NCBI RefSeq assembly: GCF_001194135.2
Contig: NC_068986.1
Location: forward strand, 56,638,397 to 56,702,396
From: Octopus bimaculoides
Taxonomy: Eukaryota
DNA: 64,000 bases
Direction of reading: 5' to 3'
The notes beneath the pieces were generated by a model. It was given only the letters and a program-made list of their open reading frames with translations, had not been told where the DNA came from and made no database searches. The position numbers and the translations under genes are program-made. This document shows positions 62,350 to 64,000 of this stretch, one piece after another (position 1 is the stretch's first letter; every line of letters begins with the position of its first letter).

Positions 62350-63880
62350 AATATATATATATATTGGTGCGCTACGGTGGATTATTTAAGACTTGGCTCT
62401 TATTTCTAGCAGGTAGATGCTCATTAAGCATCATTACGATATTTCATAGCTCCTTAAAGCTATCATAACTGCGTTCCACCAATGCTACTACTGGTGATAT
62501 CATCAAATTTTGAATTTATCCACATGATATGAACAGTAGTGACATCTAACTTCAAATCTCAGTGTTTGAATATTTCATTTAAATATATATATATANNNNN
62601 NNNNNNNNNNNNNNNNNNNNNNNNNNNNNNNNNNNNNNNNNNNNNNNNNNNNNNNNNNNNNNNNNNNNNNNNNNNNNNNNNNNNNNNNNNNNNNNNNNNN
62701 NNNNNNNNNNNNNNNNNNNNNNNNNNNNNNNNNNNNNNNNNNNNNNNNNNNNNNNNNNNNNNNNNNNNNNNNNNNNNNNNNNNNNNNNNNNNNNNNNNNN
62801 NNNNNNNNNNNNNNNNNNNNNNNNNNNNNNNNNNNNNNNNNNNNNNNNNNNNNNNNNNNNNNNNNNNNNNNNNNNNNNNNNNNNNNNNNNNNNNNNNNNN
62901 NNNNNNNNNNNNNNNNNNNNNNNNNNNNNNNNNNNNNNNNNNNNNNNNNNNNNNNNNNNNNNNNNNNNNNNNNNNNNNNNNNNNNNNNNNNNNNNNNNNN
63001 NNNNNNNNNNNNNNNNNNNNNNNNNNNNNNNNNNNNNNNNNNNNNNNNNNNNNNNNNNNNNNNNNNNNNNNNNNNNNNNNNNNNNNNNNNNNNNNNNNNN
63101 NNNNNNNNNNNNNNNNNNNNNNNNNNNNNNNNNNNNNNNNNNNNNNNNNNNNNNNNNNNNNNNNNNNNNNNNNNNNNNNNNNNNNNNNNNNNNNNNNNNN
63201 NNNNNNNNNNNNNNNNNNNNNNNNNNNNNNNNNNNNNNNNNNNNNNNNNNNNNNNNNNNNNNNNNNNNNNNNNNNNNNNNNNNNNNNNNNNNNNNNNNNN
63301 NNNNNNNNNNNNNNTATATATACGTGTGTGCGTGTATGGTGTGATGAAGGGACACCGAATGCATCTTATGTAACGTAAAGGTGCTCCATAAACCTTCACT
63401 GTTCCTTCTCTTAAAAGTTCAACTGATAGACAAAAGACTTATAAGCAACAGTTGTAATTGATAATGAACTTAAAAGGAACAGAGAAAAATATCCGAAGAG
63501 AAGGAACACTGGATATCCATGCAACATCTTACAGCTAATATGCGTTCAGTGAGTATTTTGAAACATGCGTAGTACATAACTAATTATTCTATTCCCTTCA
63601 TTTATAGACTTAACGCATAATTAGTGACTTTTGTTGCTATATACGGGAAGTGTATGGTGGCGGACATCTTATCGCAATATCTGTCTAATCCAATATGGGA
63701 CGCAGTGTATTGGATATATTGATTAATGAACTGTATCATCTACTTTGTGTTGTCTATACAAGCCTTGTCTATGCTTGAGTCTGACCAAGTGTCTGTACAA
63801 CGAGCATTTGTATTCTCACTACATTATATGTGTATGTAAGTATTATTGTATGTGTGTATCTATGTGGTTATACATCTGTG

Positions 63881-63923
<43 letters not shown>

Positions 63924-64000
63924 TTTATTTAAAAGCAGCAGAAATATAACAAAAAAACCGTTACTCTGAGTTTCACGTTCCCGTTCATCGGACAGTTTCT

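Overview
AT-rich, repeat-dominated eukaryotic DNA from a gappy draft assembly: 15 N-runs totalling about 4.7 kb, most bounded by (AT)n or (AC)n. The repeat families look like those of an octopod cephalopod (Octopus-like). This is recognised from memory, not from a search. No intact protein-coding gene, tRNA, rRNA or CRISPR array can be supported, and almost all ORFs in the supplied track are microsatellite or N-gap artefacts. The window reads as intronic or intergenic DNA. It holds three high-copy SINE-like families and dense microsatellites. Decayed transposon fragments include mariner transposase, two CR1/L2-like LINE tails, an RLE-type (R4/NeSL-like) LINE end, three Penelope-like GIY-YIG fragments and a collinear Helitron-like Rep remnant. 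There are also Tigger and hAT MITEs and several long foldback elements. The most interesting signals are (i) type-I hammerhead-ribozyme-like motifs with palindromic stem III at the ends of Penelope-like remnants, including a palindrome/foldback cluster at 1.4-2.4 kb; (ii) a CpG-rich promoter-like island with two perfect CRE sites one helical turn apart near 5.34 kb; (iii) pre-miRNA-sized hairpins; and (iv) a few unverified candidate exons. Coordinates of decayed repeats are approximate.
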